From: Nitrospirota bacterium
GTDB lineage: Bacteria; Nitrospirota; UBA9217
Length of the DNA stretch: 64,000 nt
Direction of reading: 5' to 3'
Assembly (NCBI GenBank): GCA_963663225.1
Contig: OY760142.1
Span: forward strand, 2,944,001-3,008,000
The notes beneath the pieces are model-generated. The model did no database searches, was not told the DNA's origin, and saw only the letters and a list, made by a program, of their open reading frames with translations. Positions 19,641-28,846 of the stretch are shown here, piece after piece. Position numbers and translations under genes: made by a program. Every line of letters starts with the position of its first letter. The first letter of the stretch is position 1.

Positions 19641-21014
19641 TCAGTGCAGCCTGTTCGATGGTCTTCCGCCCTCTGAATGAGGTGCCCTGATTGCAGAGCT
19701 CGATTCTTCTTTTAGTAATGTATCGATAATAAAATCGCAAACATCTTCGACAAAATATGCACCGTATTTTGTCAGTCGGATCGCATCATCCTCATGTTGG
19801 ACGCAGGAATATTCGTTCAACTTCTTCAAAAGGGAAGCAAAGACAACGAAGGGGTCGGCATGAAATCTTTCCTGAAATTGCCGTATCTCAAGTCCTTTTT
19901 TAAACTGAAGACTCAGAAAAAGCGAACGGTACATCTGCTCCCGTTCCGTCAGAAAAACGTATCTGCCGATCGGCAATTGGCCTTTTTTGATCATGCTCGA
20001 ATACGTCGACAGTTCCTCATGTTTGTCATACAAAATAGTTTTTGTATAAGACCGGGCACGGGAACCGAATGCAATGATGGGCATTTCCTTCAGCCAGTAA
20101 TAGCGATATCCCCATTGCTTGTCATTCGTAAACCGGCCGTTCTGCTCGTATCCATTGGCACTCATCCACTCCTGAGTAAGATAGACCATGTCAAAAAGCG
20201 TGTCATTGTTCACAACAAGACCGGGATTTTCCTTATAGAGTCTGATAATGAGTGGATTGACGATTTCATGCCTGATATACTCCACCGCATCCGGCCGAAT
20301 CGTTTCCAGTATTGCAAGGTCTTTTTTGACGCCGTCGATCGTCTGTCCGGGCAGCCCCGTCATCATATCAATATTGATCGCTATGCCGGCATCCTGTGCC
20401 GCTTTCACGATCCGGCCGATCTGCGTTTCGGTGTTTTTCCGGTTGCAGAGCGACAAGATCCGCTGATCGAATGTCTGGCAGCCGACACTCAATCTGGTTA
20501 TTCCAATCTGTGCCAGATCCTGAATCCTTTTTTTGTCGGCGAGGGTATCAGGGTGCGCTTCGGTCGTTATATTATGGCCGTCAGCCATGGCAATGCCTGA
20601 ATGGATTGTATGGATAATGCGCTGGATGTCATGATTCGAAAAGGAGGTCGGAGTGCCGCCGCCAAAGTAGATGCCCTTTGCCTTTCTGCCCTTGAAAAAA
20701 CCGCGTGCGGTGAAAAGCTCGATCTCCTTCAGTATATTTTCCAGATATTCTTCCTGGACTTTCTTGTTTACATTATGGGGATAAGAGTTGCAGAAATAGC
20801 ACTCTGAAAAGCAAAAAGGAAGATGCACGTAAATCAGCACTTCCGGTTCATCAGCAAGACTTTCTTTTACTTTTTCGACAAAGGAATCTGTCTGGGATGG
20901 CGCTAGTATTTTATAGCGGTGCGGCAGATAAAGGTCAGGCTGGTTCTTCGTATACTCCGCGGAACCATAGAACAAGTTATTCCGTATGATATTGAGCGAG
21001 TCTTTTTCTTCCAT
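19641..21014 (-). CDS. HemN-like (coproporphyrinogen III oxidase family) radical SAM protein, function uncertain
   Basis: YVHLPFCFSECYFC, YFGGGTPT, RLSVGCQTF and D.M.GLPGQT motifs; HemN-C-like tail (RLT..G). Confidence 0.8.
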   Translation of the reverse strand: MEEKDSLNIIRNNLFYGSAEYTKNQPDLYLPHRYKILAPSQTDSFVEKVKESLADEPEVLIYVHLPFCFSECYFCNSYPHNVNKKVQEEYLENILKEIELFTARGFFKGRKAKGIYFGGGTPTSFSNHDIQRIIHTIHSGIAMADGHNITTEAHPDTLADKKRIQDLAQIGITRLSVGCQTFDQRILSLCNRKNTETQIGRIVKAAQDAGIAINIDMMTGLPGQTIDGVKKDLAILETIRPDAVEYIRHEIVNPLIIRLYKENPGLVVNNDTLFDMVYLTQEWMSANGYEQNGRFTNDKQWGYRYYWLKEMPIIAFGSRARSYTKTILYDKHEELSTYSSMIKKGQLPIGRYVFLTEREQMYRSLFLSLQFKKGLEIRQFQERFHADPFVVFASLLKKLNEYSCVQHEDDAIRLTKYGAYFVEDVCDFIIDTLLKEESSSAIRAPHSEGGRPSNRLH

Positions 21015-21382
21015 ATTGATAAGTATGCTCTCCGCGCTGATATGCGGGTCAAGTTAACCCAGATTGCCGAATGATCTCACGACATTGCAGACGCCGTTGC
21101 CAGCGAGACGGGGCCGTAAAGCCTGTATTTCCGCTCTTTGCTGAAATAGCAACAGATTATACACTCAATGATAGCAAAATTCCAGCAAATTAACAAAACC
21201 TTGCGGCTCTGCCATCAATGCCCCTGCTGTGCATTTCACCTGAAAAGCCGTTTTTTCCGCCGCATCAAATTTCATTGGCGGCAGGTAAGCAAAACAGGAC
21301 ACAATTCGGAATAAAAGGCGGGAAAGTATAATGAGTAACAGCGTCGACTAGAGCGTTCGACAGAAAGAAGAGTGGCTGAAAA

Positions 21383-22426
21383 TTATTTTTTGAAATCTGG
21401 GTACAATTTTTTCTGGCAATCAGGGCAGATGCCATGGCTGAAATCTGCATCTGAATGCTTTTGAATATACGTTTCTATCGGGTGCCAATTCCCGGTGTCA
21501 TCGCAGATTTTTTTGCAGTTTGCACAAATGCGCAATATGCCTTCTAATTGCTTGACTCTTGTCAAGGTTGCCTGCAGTTCCGCAATCAAGCGCTCCCGTT
21601 CCGCCTCTGCCCGTTTACGTTTGTCTATGTTCCGTGTTATGCCGTTGAATCCGACAATTGTTCCTGCACCGTCATAGATGGGCGTCGTGGCAATTTCTGT
21701 CCAAAACGCGCTTCCGTCCTTCCGGATTTGCGGGGCTTCGAAGATAATGGTTTTATGGCCCTCGCCTCTTCCTTCCATTTCTCTGCGGCAAGTAAAAACT
21801 TGATGAACAATCTCCCTGCCTTCCGCCGTAAAGAAATCAAGTGAGCTGCGTCCAAGGATTTCTTGTACGGAATAACCGCTAAAATTCGCAGCGGCATCAT
21901 TGAGATAGGTAAAACGCATCTTGGCGTCCTGCTGCCAGACCACATCAGAAGTGTTCTCGGAAAGAAACCGGTATAAGCGTTCATTCTTGCGCAATGCTTC
22001 TTCCATCAGTTTTGGTTCCGTTATATCTCTGGAAATGCCGACCATGGACACTGATTCGCCATAGGGATTAATCACAGGGGTGCCGGTTCCGAAATGCCAA
22101 TGCCACGTGCCGTCTGAGTGCTTCACCCGATATTCAGGACTATGCAGTACTTCACGGGAAGTAATCACGTTCTGGAGATACTGGAGACAAGCCGTGACGT
22201 CATCAGGATGGACCAGCGGCACGAACGATGTCCCGACCAGGGAAGTTGGTTCATAACCGGTGACTCTCTTCCAGGATTTTGAGAGATCAAGGAAAATACC
22301 GTCCGGGTTCATGTTCCAGATAAGATCTGAGCAGTAATCGACAAGCAATCTGTACTGAGCGTCTTTTGGGCTTGTGTGCATGCTATCCAGTTCAGAATCG
22401 GCATTTGGGCGGCCTGATTGACTCAT
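21383..22426 (-). CDS. tandem PAS/PAC sensor protein with C-terminal Cys-rich zinc-ribbon-like domain
   Basis: Two PAS-PAC units (VHPDD...DG.W.W...G.SRDIT; RKDGS.FW); coiled coil; ICANCKKI...SHGICPDC. Confidence 0.85.
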   Translation of the reverse strand: MSQSGRPNADSELDSMHTSPKDAQYRLLVDYCSDLIWNMNPDGIFLDLSKSWKRVTGYEPTSLVGTSFVPLVHPDDVTACLQYLQNVITSREVLHSPEYRVKHSDGTWHWHFGTGTPVINPYGESVSMVGISRDITEPKLMEEALRKNERLYRFLSENTSDVVWQQDAKMRFTYLNDAAANFSGYSVQEILGRSSLDFFTAEGREIVHQVFTCRREMEGRGEGHKTIIFEAPQIRKDGSAFWTEIATTPIYDGAGTIVGFNGITRNIDKRKRAEAERERLIAELQATLTRVKQLEGILRICANCKKICDDTGNWHPIETYIQKHSDADFSHGICPDCQKKLYPDFKK

Positions 22427-22596
22427 GCTCTCTTCACCTTACAAGGAATTAATATGAGTTTATGATTATTTCGAATATAAAAACTTTAGCACATATTTAT
22501 ATAAGAAACGAAGAGTGCTTTTTTAGCATACTTATTACATTTTGTCAAATTTTTTTGGTTATATAACCTCTCCCGCCCGCTCCCGAATAAAAATAA

Positions 22597-22629
22597 AAAG
22601 AAGGCTGGATAAATTATCCAGCCTTCTTT
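22597..22629 (-). terminator. intrinsic terminator downstream of the 22683-23087 gene
   Basis: Perfect inverted repeat AAAGAAGGCTGGATAA / TTATCCAGCCTTCTTT, followed by a T-rich tract on the minus strand. Confidence 0.8.
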
Positions 22630-22682
22630 CGGCAATCACCTCTCTTAACGTTATTCCAAATAAATTATAAAAAAACTGATTA

Positions 22683-23087
22683 TTATCCGGCAGTATCGCT
22701 CTGCCGATGAAGGTGTGAATTCAACCACGCATCGGCAGATTCACGGTCCGTGAATATTTCAGTATGAAAACCTATTTCATTTGTATACGCCTGCCACATT
22801 CTGGTCATTCCATATTGGACGGGCGTTGTTGAAATGAGAAGAACGACGATATGAGGATTAATTTTTGCGGCCGCTTTGTCCTGATTCGCAATGACCAAGA
22901 CGTCTTCTGAAGTTACTCTGTAGTCTGTACAAGCTGTTCTATCAATGATTTTGCATTGTAATCGGGCGAGATTGTCTCGGGTATAGATTTTCTTGTTCGC
23001 TTCTATAATTTCATCTCCTGTCACAATTCCATCAGAGATGAATTCAACTCTCGTTCCATTTTTTGAGAAATTAACAAAGACAGGCAT
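22683..23087 (-). CDS. hypothetical protein, STAS/SpoIIAA-like small alpha/beta domain
   Basis: G.VT..EI, YGM.RMW..Y and IF.D...A.AWL pattern; start taken as ATG 23087. Confidence 0.6.
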   Translation of the reverse strand: MPVFVNFSKNGTRVEFISDGIVTGDEIIEANKKIYTRDNLARLQCKIIDRTACTDYRVTSEDVLVIANQDKAAAKINPHIVVLLISTTPVQYGMTRMWQAYTNEIGFHTEIFTDRESADAWLNSHLHRQSDTAG

Positions 23088-23421
23088 ATCAGGAGATTCC
23101 TGCTCAAAAAATACCGGCAAACAAAATACTATCCAGCAGTTCGGCGGAAAAGGGTAAACGATAACTTCTAGAAAAAAAAACATTTCTTTTGTAATATAAC
23201 ATGTTGTCATAAGCATGTCAACATGTTACGACTTGAAAAAACCTTTTTCCACGATGTAAAATGATCTTCTGATGTGTCAACCTCTGGCTTGATTTCATGC
23301 ACTCAAAAAAATTCTCCGCCGTCTGTCTGAGTTCTTAACGAACTATTATAAAATTACAATATGCCGTCAGCCAAATCTGTCGATATCATCCTGCGCTATG
23401 AATGTACAGATTGCAGTATGA

Positions 23422-23910
23422 TCAGAGTTCCGACAGTATTTGTGTCGCAAATTTTTTAACATCGGCTAAATCATGCTCATCCGGATGGCCCGAGGCGCTT
23501 TGAGCTTCTTCTGCCCACGCTTTATGCTCAAGCCCCTTTATCAAAGCATCAATCAGCTCTGATTTTACCTGCCCGCGACAGCCAAAATGACCCAGGACAT
23601 TTGCTTTTACGGCAAGGCTGGCTGCATGCTCGAATGCCTGCTTCGGCAGCATGCCGCCGCGCTGAGATCCGTGAGTCGAGAAGAAAGCCACCTTTTGCCC
23701 TTGAGGCAGCCGGGTTATAAAATTCATCGCCTTTACCGGCACACTGTGGGCGTGAACCGGAAAACCATAAAAAACAAGACTGTATCCTTCGGCATTTTTT
23801 ATTTCATCAACAGGTTTAATTTCCTTGTCAACAACGAGGCTGTCATATATCGCCTGTGCAAGTTTTTTTGTATTGCCTGTTTCTGAATAATACGCTACCA
23901 AAACTTTCAT
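23422..23910 (-). CDS. flavodoxin family protein
   Basis: MKVLVAYYSETGNTKKLAQAI FMN-binding loop; GHPD..DL motif; GGAGG RBS. Confidence 0.9.
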   Translation of the reverse strand: MKVLVAYYSETGNTKKLAQAIYDSLVVDKEIKPVDEIKNAEGYSLVFYGFPVHAHSVPVKAMNFITRLPQGQKVAFFSTHGSQRGGMLPKQAFEHAASLAVKANVLGHFGCRGQVKSELIDALIKGLEHKAWAEEAQSASGHPDEHDLADVKKFATQILSEL

Positions 23911-24256
23911 TTCTTCCTCCCTAAAATATCTGCCCGCAACTTACGGTATTCTTCTCCCGACAGGCGTCGGAGAATTCTCTGTCACAGGGATTGAATGTGA
24001 CTCTTGTTTACCTGAGCTGTCGTGTAATTATATGAAAACAGGGGCCAGGCTCGTATCTTGAATGCATGGTAAAAAAAATCTAAGTCGCGCTAATAAAATA
24101 CACCAAGCTGTAACGTAATAAATGATTATTCGGGTAATTTGAAATATGCACCGGCAAATTGAGGCTCAAATATCGTTGTTTACGTTAAAAATCATAGTGC
24201 AGCGGGTCATATCCGTTCTTAAAGCAATATAACGGACCAGCACTACGAACATTCAT

Positions 24257-25390
24257 TCAAGGAGCGTATCCATGCGCGCCTTCGTACTGTTTTTCAGACT
24301 GTATGAACATATTTCGATATTCTTTGTGGTGGTCTTGATGTGAGTTATATATTTCGTTTATCACATCTGCCTTTTTCATGAAAGCATACAGTACATCCGG
24401 ACAAAACTGTCCGGGCATCGTACGGCCATCACCTTCGGTGATTATCCTGAAAGCCTTCTCATGATCGAACGCTGGTTTATACGGCCGTTCGCTTCTTAAT
24501 GCATCATATTGGTCTACGAGCATTACAATTCTGCCTTCAACCGGAATATTCTCACCTTTGAGACCGCGGGGATATCCTCCGCCATCCCAACGTTCATGAT
24601 GATTCAATGCAATAGACTCCGCCATCTGGATCGTTGGATGCGAGGAACCAGCGAGCATTTTTCCGCCCAGGGTTGTATGTGTTTTCATAATCCCGAATTC
24701 CTGCCTTGTCAACGGTTCCAGCTTGAGGAGAATGCTGTCCGGTATCCCCACTTTACCGATGTCGTGAAGCGAGCTTGCAAGCCCGATTCGTTCAATAAAA
24801 GCCTGCGGCATGTCCAGAACTTCAGAAATTATTTCTGCATACATCCCGATTCTTGAAATATGCGTACCAGTATCTTCATCTCTGAATTCCGAAACCGCAG
24901 TAAGACGATACACGAGTTCTTTGTTCATGTCGGAAAGTTCGCTGGTGGCCCGTTTTACAGAGTCTTCCAGTGACTGTTTATATTTTTTTTCGTGCTGTAC
25001 CATTTCACAAAACTTTGCTGCTTTTTCCGCTGCATTAATTATGTACTCGTGCTTAAACGGTTTTGTAATAAAATCAAAAGCATTCTTGTGTATAGCATCA
25101 ACTGCAAGATCAATATCTGCATATGCAGTCATCAAAATAATCGGCACATCCGAATTCAACGCATGTATTTGTTCACTCAGCACCATACCGGAAAAATCGG
25201 GCATTCTTATATCAGTGAACACTATGTCAATGGTGGTCATCTGAAACCAACCGATTGCTTCTTTAGGGTTCTGACATGCAATCACGTTATAGCCGGCTTC
25301 TTCCAGTAATATAGAAACAAGATCAAGGCAGAGTTTGTCATCATCGACTACGAGAATTGTATGATTGCGACTGGTAGGCTGTATTTTCAT
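24257..25390 (-). CDS. response regulator with HD-GYP domain (RpfG-like c-di-GMP phosphodiesterase)
   Basis: REC (VVDDD, TDIRMP); DEDTG.H..R, LHDIGK and [13 protein letters not shown] motifs. Confidence 0.93.
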   Translation of the reverse strand: MKIQPTSRNHTILVVDDDKLCLDLVSILLEEAGYNVIACQNPKEAIGWFQMTTIDIVFTDIRMPDFSGMVLSEQIHALNSDVPIILMTAYADIDLAVDAIHKNAFDFITKPFKHEYIINAAEKAAKFCEMVQHEKKYKQSLEDSVKRATSELSDMNKELVYRLTAVSEFRDEDTGTHISRIGMYAEIISEVLDMPQAFIERIGLASSLHDIGKVGIPDSILLKLEPLTRQEFGIMKTHTTLGGKMLAGSSHPTIQMAESIALNHHERWDGGGYPRGLKGENIPVEGRIVMLVDQYDALRSERPYKPAFDHEKAFRIITEGDGRTMPGQFCPDVLYAFMKKADVINEIYNSHQDHHKEYRNMFIQSEKQYEGAHGYAP

Positions 25391-26106
25391 TCGGCATCTC
25401 CTTAAGGTACGAAAATTTGTTTATTCAGGCTGGTGAATGCTGCCCCATCGTATCTAATATGGACCGAAACGTTGCTCAACTATAAGCCAATCACAATTAA
25501 TTTTATATGTCCCTCCTCTTTTGTTTACCAAAATGGTAATTAATAACTCTGCAGAAGTTAAACTTGAAGTATGGTTGTATTCATAACTATTAATCGCAAA
25601 TAATATTTTTCTACTCTTGACGGCAAAAAAAATATTTACGAATATAGGCATTTACACGAAAAGTTGAAATCCATGATAACAATAATACCTAAGACGTATG
25701 ATAGCAATCAAAAGAAAAATTGTCAAATAAAACCAATAAAATCGTCAATAATTATAGATAGTTAAACATTTTAAAACAAACAAAATTTGTCGTTATTTAA
25801 AAAAATAATATTTTCAATACGATACAAAGATGCCTAAAAACCTACAAACCAATTTTTTTTGCTAATATTTATCGAATTATTTGTCAAATGTCTTTGTATA
25901 ACGAGAAGAGAGTATCGCACTCTTTACGAAATGAACGTCAAAATCAGTGGGTGGAGGAAAAAAATTATGGATGGAAACTTTTATAGGGAGAGTAAAATCT
26001 TAAACTACACAACTCTACGAAATTTATTACTACTCCTGAAATGACAGGAACTTAAGAATTTGTTGTTGATGAATGCCTTAGGTTGTCACTATTTGTTACA
26101 AAATTT

Positions 26107-26814
26107 CTACAAACCCTGATATTTTTCGTATTCCTTAACACGCTCGATTAATTTGTCAAGCAACAGCCTGTCCAGTTCTGTAAGTTCCGGGAATTCCACT
26201 CCGATATCATAATGAGCAGGCATCATATCCTGAACCAATCGACATGAAACAATTTTCCCCATAAGGCTCACTGCACCATACGCGGAAAGTGATAACTCTA
26301 TAAGAACCATGCTGTCTATATTTAATTTATGATCCGTTTGAATAATTACGCCGCTTTTGCTGATTTCCTTGACACCGAATTGCTCAGGCAGCTTCAAAAC
26401 TTTCTCGCCGGGGGTTGTGATATGAAAGCTGATATCGCGATAGAACCAACCTTCATCTTCCGGCACATATATTTTTTTATTGTCTTCGATTGAATCAAGA
26501 AAAGCATTGATCGTGCCTGTTGGTTCATCTTTAAACGATATTGCTAACGAGTAAATAGTTGCTTGTTCCCCGCCTGCTCGTTCTTCCATGCTGCTTAATT
26601 CGGAACGCATCACAACGCCTTTTACATTGACATGTTTTTCTTCATGCCCTAATATCAGCAAACACTCTTTCCCAATATTGAGTGTTCTGTCAACCGTTAA
26701 CTTCACTCCAGCCGGACTGATATCGACAATATTCACTTCCCCTACCAAGCTTAATCTGCTGCGTAGATCGATTAAATCCAATTTGAATCTTTTGTATTTT
26801 CTCATATCCCGCAT
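26107..26814 (-). CDS. tandem PilZ domain protein
   Basis: RKYKR...DISPAG in domain 1; EISKSG and GVEF in domain 2. Confidence 0.8.
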   Translation of the reverse strand: MRDMRKYKRFKLDLIDLRSRLSLVGEVNIVDISPAGVKLTVDRTLNIGKECLLILGHEEKHVNVKGVVMRSELSSMEERAGGEQATIYSLAISFKDEPTGTINAFLDSIEDNKKIYVPEDEGWFYRDISFHITTPGEKVLKLPEQFGVKEISKSGVIIQTDHKLNIDSMVLIELSLSAYGAVSLMGKIVSCRLVQDMMPAHYDIGVEFPELTELDRLLLDKLIERVKEYEKYQGL

Positions 26815-26911
26815 GATAGAGCCTCGCTTGCAATCAGTGGTATAAAAATATGTTACCAATGTACTAGTGTAATGTTTTTATAATGCATAGTCAACTGCAT
26901 GTGTAAATAAA

Positions 26912-27031
26912 TGTCAACCCCAAGCAGAAATGTCGCGTAAGACCATTTCGGAAATGGTACCAGTCTCACGTTCGAAGTTGTGGTGTGAAAAGGAAGTGGA
27001 AATGGCAAGAGCAAGGATTTACTGCGTATGA
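26912..27031 (+). mobile_element. possible degenerate IS left end (ISNCY/IS1202-like) with first codons of a transposase
   Basis: Starts TGTCAA; repeated (A/G)GAAATG motifs; AAGGA RBS, ATG and a frameshifted KDLLRM-like start; no full transposase present. Confidence 0.35.
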
Positions 27032-27195
27032 TGGGACCGGCTTCTTAACACGATTTTGGCAATTAGCCTGTCACTCTGGTTTGAGTCCATCGTAGCTCCT
27101 CTTTGTCTACGGAGTTAGAACTTGTTTGACATCACATGTGTGTTTGTATTTTTTTGCATAAACCGCCCGAACTTTCATACCAATATTGAGTGGTT

Positions 27196-28311
27196 TTACC
27201 TTTTTACCGTCACAACAGAAATTGCCTTTGTACCAGCAGTAAAGGGACTGTCGGTAATTTCTGTTAATGCGCCAGTTGAAGAATCTATCGTGTAGGCGGA
27301 AATATAACTTGGAATATAATTCGCTACATAGATGAACTTCCCGGTCGGGTCTGTGGTTACTGACACAGGATTACTAACACCACTAAAGGGACTGCCGGTA
27401 ATTTCTGTTAATGCGCCGGTTGTAGAATCTATCGTGTAGGCGGAAATATAACTTGGAATATAATTCGCTACATAGATGAACTTCCCGGTCGGGTCTGCGG
27501 TTACTGAATAAGGACTCGTACCAGCGCTAAATGGGCTCCCGCTAATTTCTGTTAATGCGCCGGTTGTGGAATCTATCGTGTACGCGGAAACATTATTTGA
27601 ATTAGTATTCGCCACATAGACGTACTTGCCGGTCGGGTCTGCGGTTACCGAACCAGGACTCGTACCAGCGCTAAATGGGCTCCCGCTAATTTCTGTTAAT
27701 GCGCCGGTTGTGGAATCTATCGTGTACGCGGAAACATTATTTGAAGCACCATTCGCCACATAGACGAACTTGCCGGTCGGGTCTACGGTTACTGAATAAG
27801 AATGGCTGCCAGCACTAAATGGGCTCCCGCTAATTTCTGTTAACGCGCCGGTTGTGGAACTTATCGTGTACGCGGAAACATTATTTGAATTAGTATTCGC
27901 CACATAGACGAACTTCCCGGTCGGGTCTACGGTTACTGAATAAGGATAACTGCCAGCACTAAATGGGCTCCCGCTAATTTCTGTTACCGCGCCGGTTGTG
28001 GAACTTATCGTGTATGCGGAAATATTATTTGAACCACCATTCGCCACATAGACGAACTTCCCGGTCGGGTCTGCGGTTACTGACCGAGGGATCGAACCAG
28101 CACTAAACGGACTACCGGTAATTTCTGTTAATGCCCCGGTTGTAGAACTTATCGTGTACGCGGAAACATTATGTGAGCCTTGATTCGCTACATAGGCAAA
28201 ATATTTTGAACTGCTGGTAGTACTGCTGCTGGTACTACCGTCGTTGCTACAGCTTAATATGCCGGCTAAAATAAAAATACCAACGAGACTATAAAGAAAG
28301 TTTTTTCTCAT
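27196..28311 (-). CDS. lipoprotein with 7-bladed beta-propeller (lactonase/YVTN-like)
   Basis: Lipobox ILSC after AAGGAG RBS; Ser/Thr linker; seven ~48-aa repeats (SVT.DPTGKF.YVAN....VSAYTI...TGALTEI.GSPF). Confidence 0.88.
   Translation of the reverse strand: MRKNFLYSLVGIFILAGILSCSNDGSTSSSTTSSSKYFAYVANQGSHNVSAYTISSTTGALTEITGSPFSAGSIPRSVTADPTGKFVYVANGGSNNISAYTISSTTGAVTEISGSPFSAGSYPYSVTVDPTGKFVYVANTNSNNVSAYTISSTTGALTEISGSPFSAGSHSYSVTVDPTGKFVYVANGASNNVSAYTIDSTTGALTEISGSPFSAGTSPGSVTADPTGKYVYVANTNSNNVSAYTIDSTTGALTEISGSPFSAGTSPYSVTADPTGKFIYVANYIPSYISAYTIDSTTGALTEITGSPFSGVSNPVSVTTDPTGKFIYVANYIPSYISAYTIDSSTGALTEITDSPFTAGTKAISVVTVKR
27210..28200. repeat. intragenic tandem repeat, 144-bp unit, ~7 copies
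   Basis: GCTAATTTCTGTTA recurs at 27541, 27685 and 27829 (144-bp period); adjacent units are nearly identical at DNA level. Confidence 0.92.
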
Positions 28312-28524
28312 TGAAGCTATTTCTCCTTTCAGCTCATATATGAAGCTGGTTTCTTGCAAAGCTGTTTGCGAGAATAGATTTGCTAAGTTGATTATATTAC
28401 CATAGTATTAGGCAAAAAAAAATAAGAAATATTCATTTTTTAATACATACATAAGTGTCGCGCTTTGTTGCTTTAAGGCGTTTTTAGGACTAGTTCGTGT
28501 GATTTTATCAGGAAAGATAACTTA

Positions 28525-28596
28525 TTTTAACAGTGAGCAGAGCGGACGACGGCGCGCAACCCGCGGAGCGGGAGCCGCTGGCGTCGCCTGTTTCTG
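28525..28596 (+). other. degenerate attC-like / REP-like GC-rich palindrome
   Basis: TTTTAAC...GAGCGG...CCGCGGAGCGG...CCGCT...GTT; a GC-rich island in AT-rich DNA. Confidence 0.3.
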
Positions 28597-28604
28597 GGTT
28601 TATC

Positions 28605-28733
28605 TATAATAGCCATATCTACGTCGGCTTTTAAAAAGGACGAAATAAAGAAAATTGAAGGCAGGATGGACACCTGTATGGACACAGAGGTTTTTTTCAA
28701 ACCGCAAGGGGAAGCTAAGTCATTGAAAATTAA
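28605..28733 (+). pseudogene. probable tyrosine-integrase 3' remnant and att-arm region abutting tRNA-Arg
   Basis: Residual (S)H..SAFKKDEIKKIEGRMDTCMDT; ATGGACAC direct repeat at 28666 and 28678; TAAGTCATTGAAA immediately beside the tRNA 3' end. Confidence 0.45.
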
Positions 28734-28810
28734 TGGTGCCCCTGGGGTGACTCGAACACCCGGCACGCGGTTTAGGAAACCGCTGCTCTATCCACCTGAG
28801 CTACAGGGGC
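28734..28810 (-). tRNA. tRNA-Arg (anticodon CCT)
   Basis: GCCCCTGTAGCTCAGGTGGATAGAGCAGCGGTTTCCTAAACCGCGTGCCGGGTGTTCGAGTCACCCCAGGGGCACCA folds as a cloverleaf; CCA encoded. Confidence 0.96.
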
Positions 28811-28846
28811 ATATGTGAAAGGAAGTTTCTACAGAAGATTTAACGT

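Noticed and set aside
19794-20600. 268-aa plus-strand ORF
   Set aside because: Lies entirely antisense to the HemN-like gene; no recognisable motif or RBS.
21275-23165. Apparent similarity between 21275-21335 and 23105-23165
   Set aside because: The resemblance is mainly in spurious translations; the DNA match is too weak to call a repeat.
25454-26044. Short ORFs in the AT-rich spacer
   Set aside because: No RBS or motifs; composition is typical of non-coding DNA.
27210-28200. Regular repeats as a CRISPR array or DGR template/variable repeat
   Set aside because: The unit is 144 bp, in frame and coding; there are no unique spacers, cas genes or reverse transcriptase in the window.
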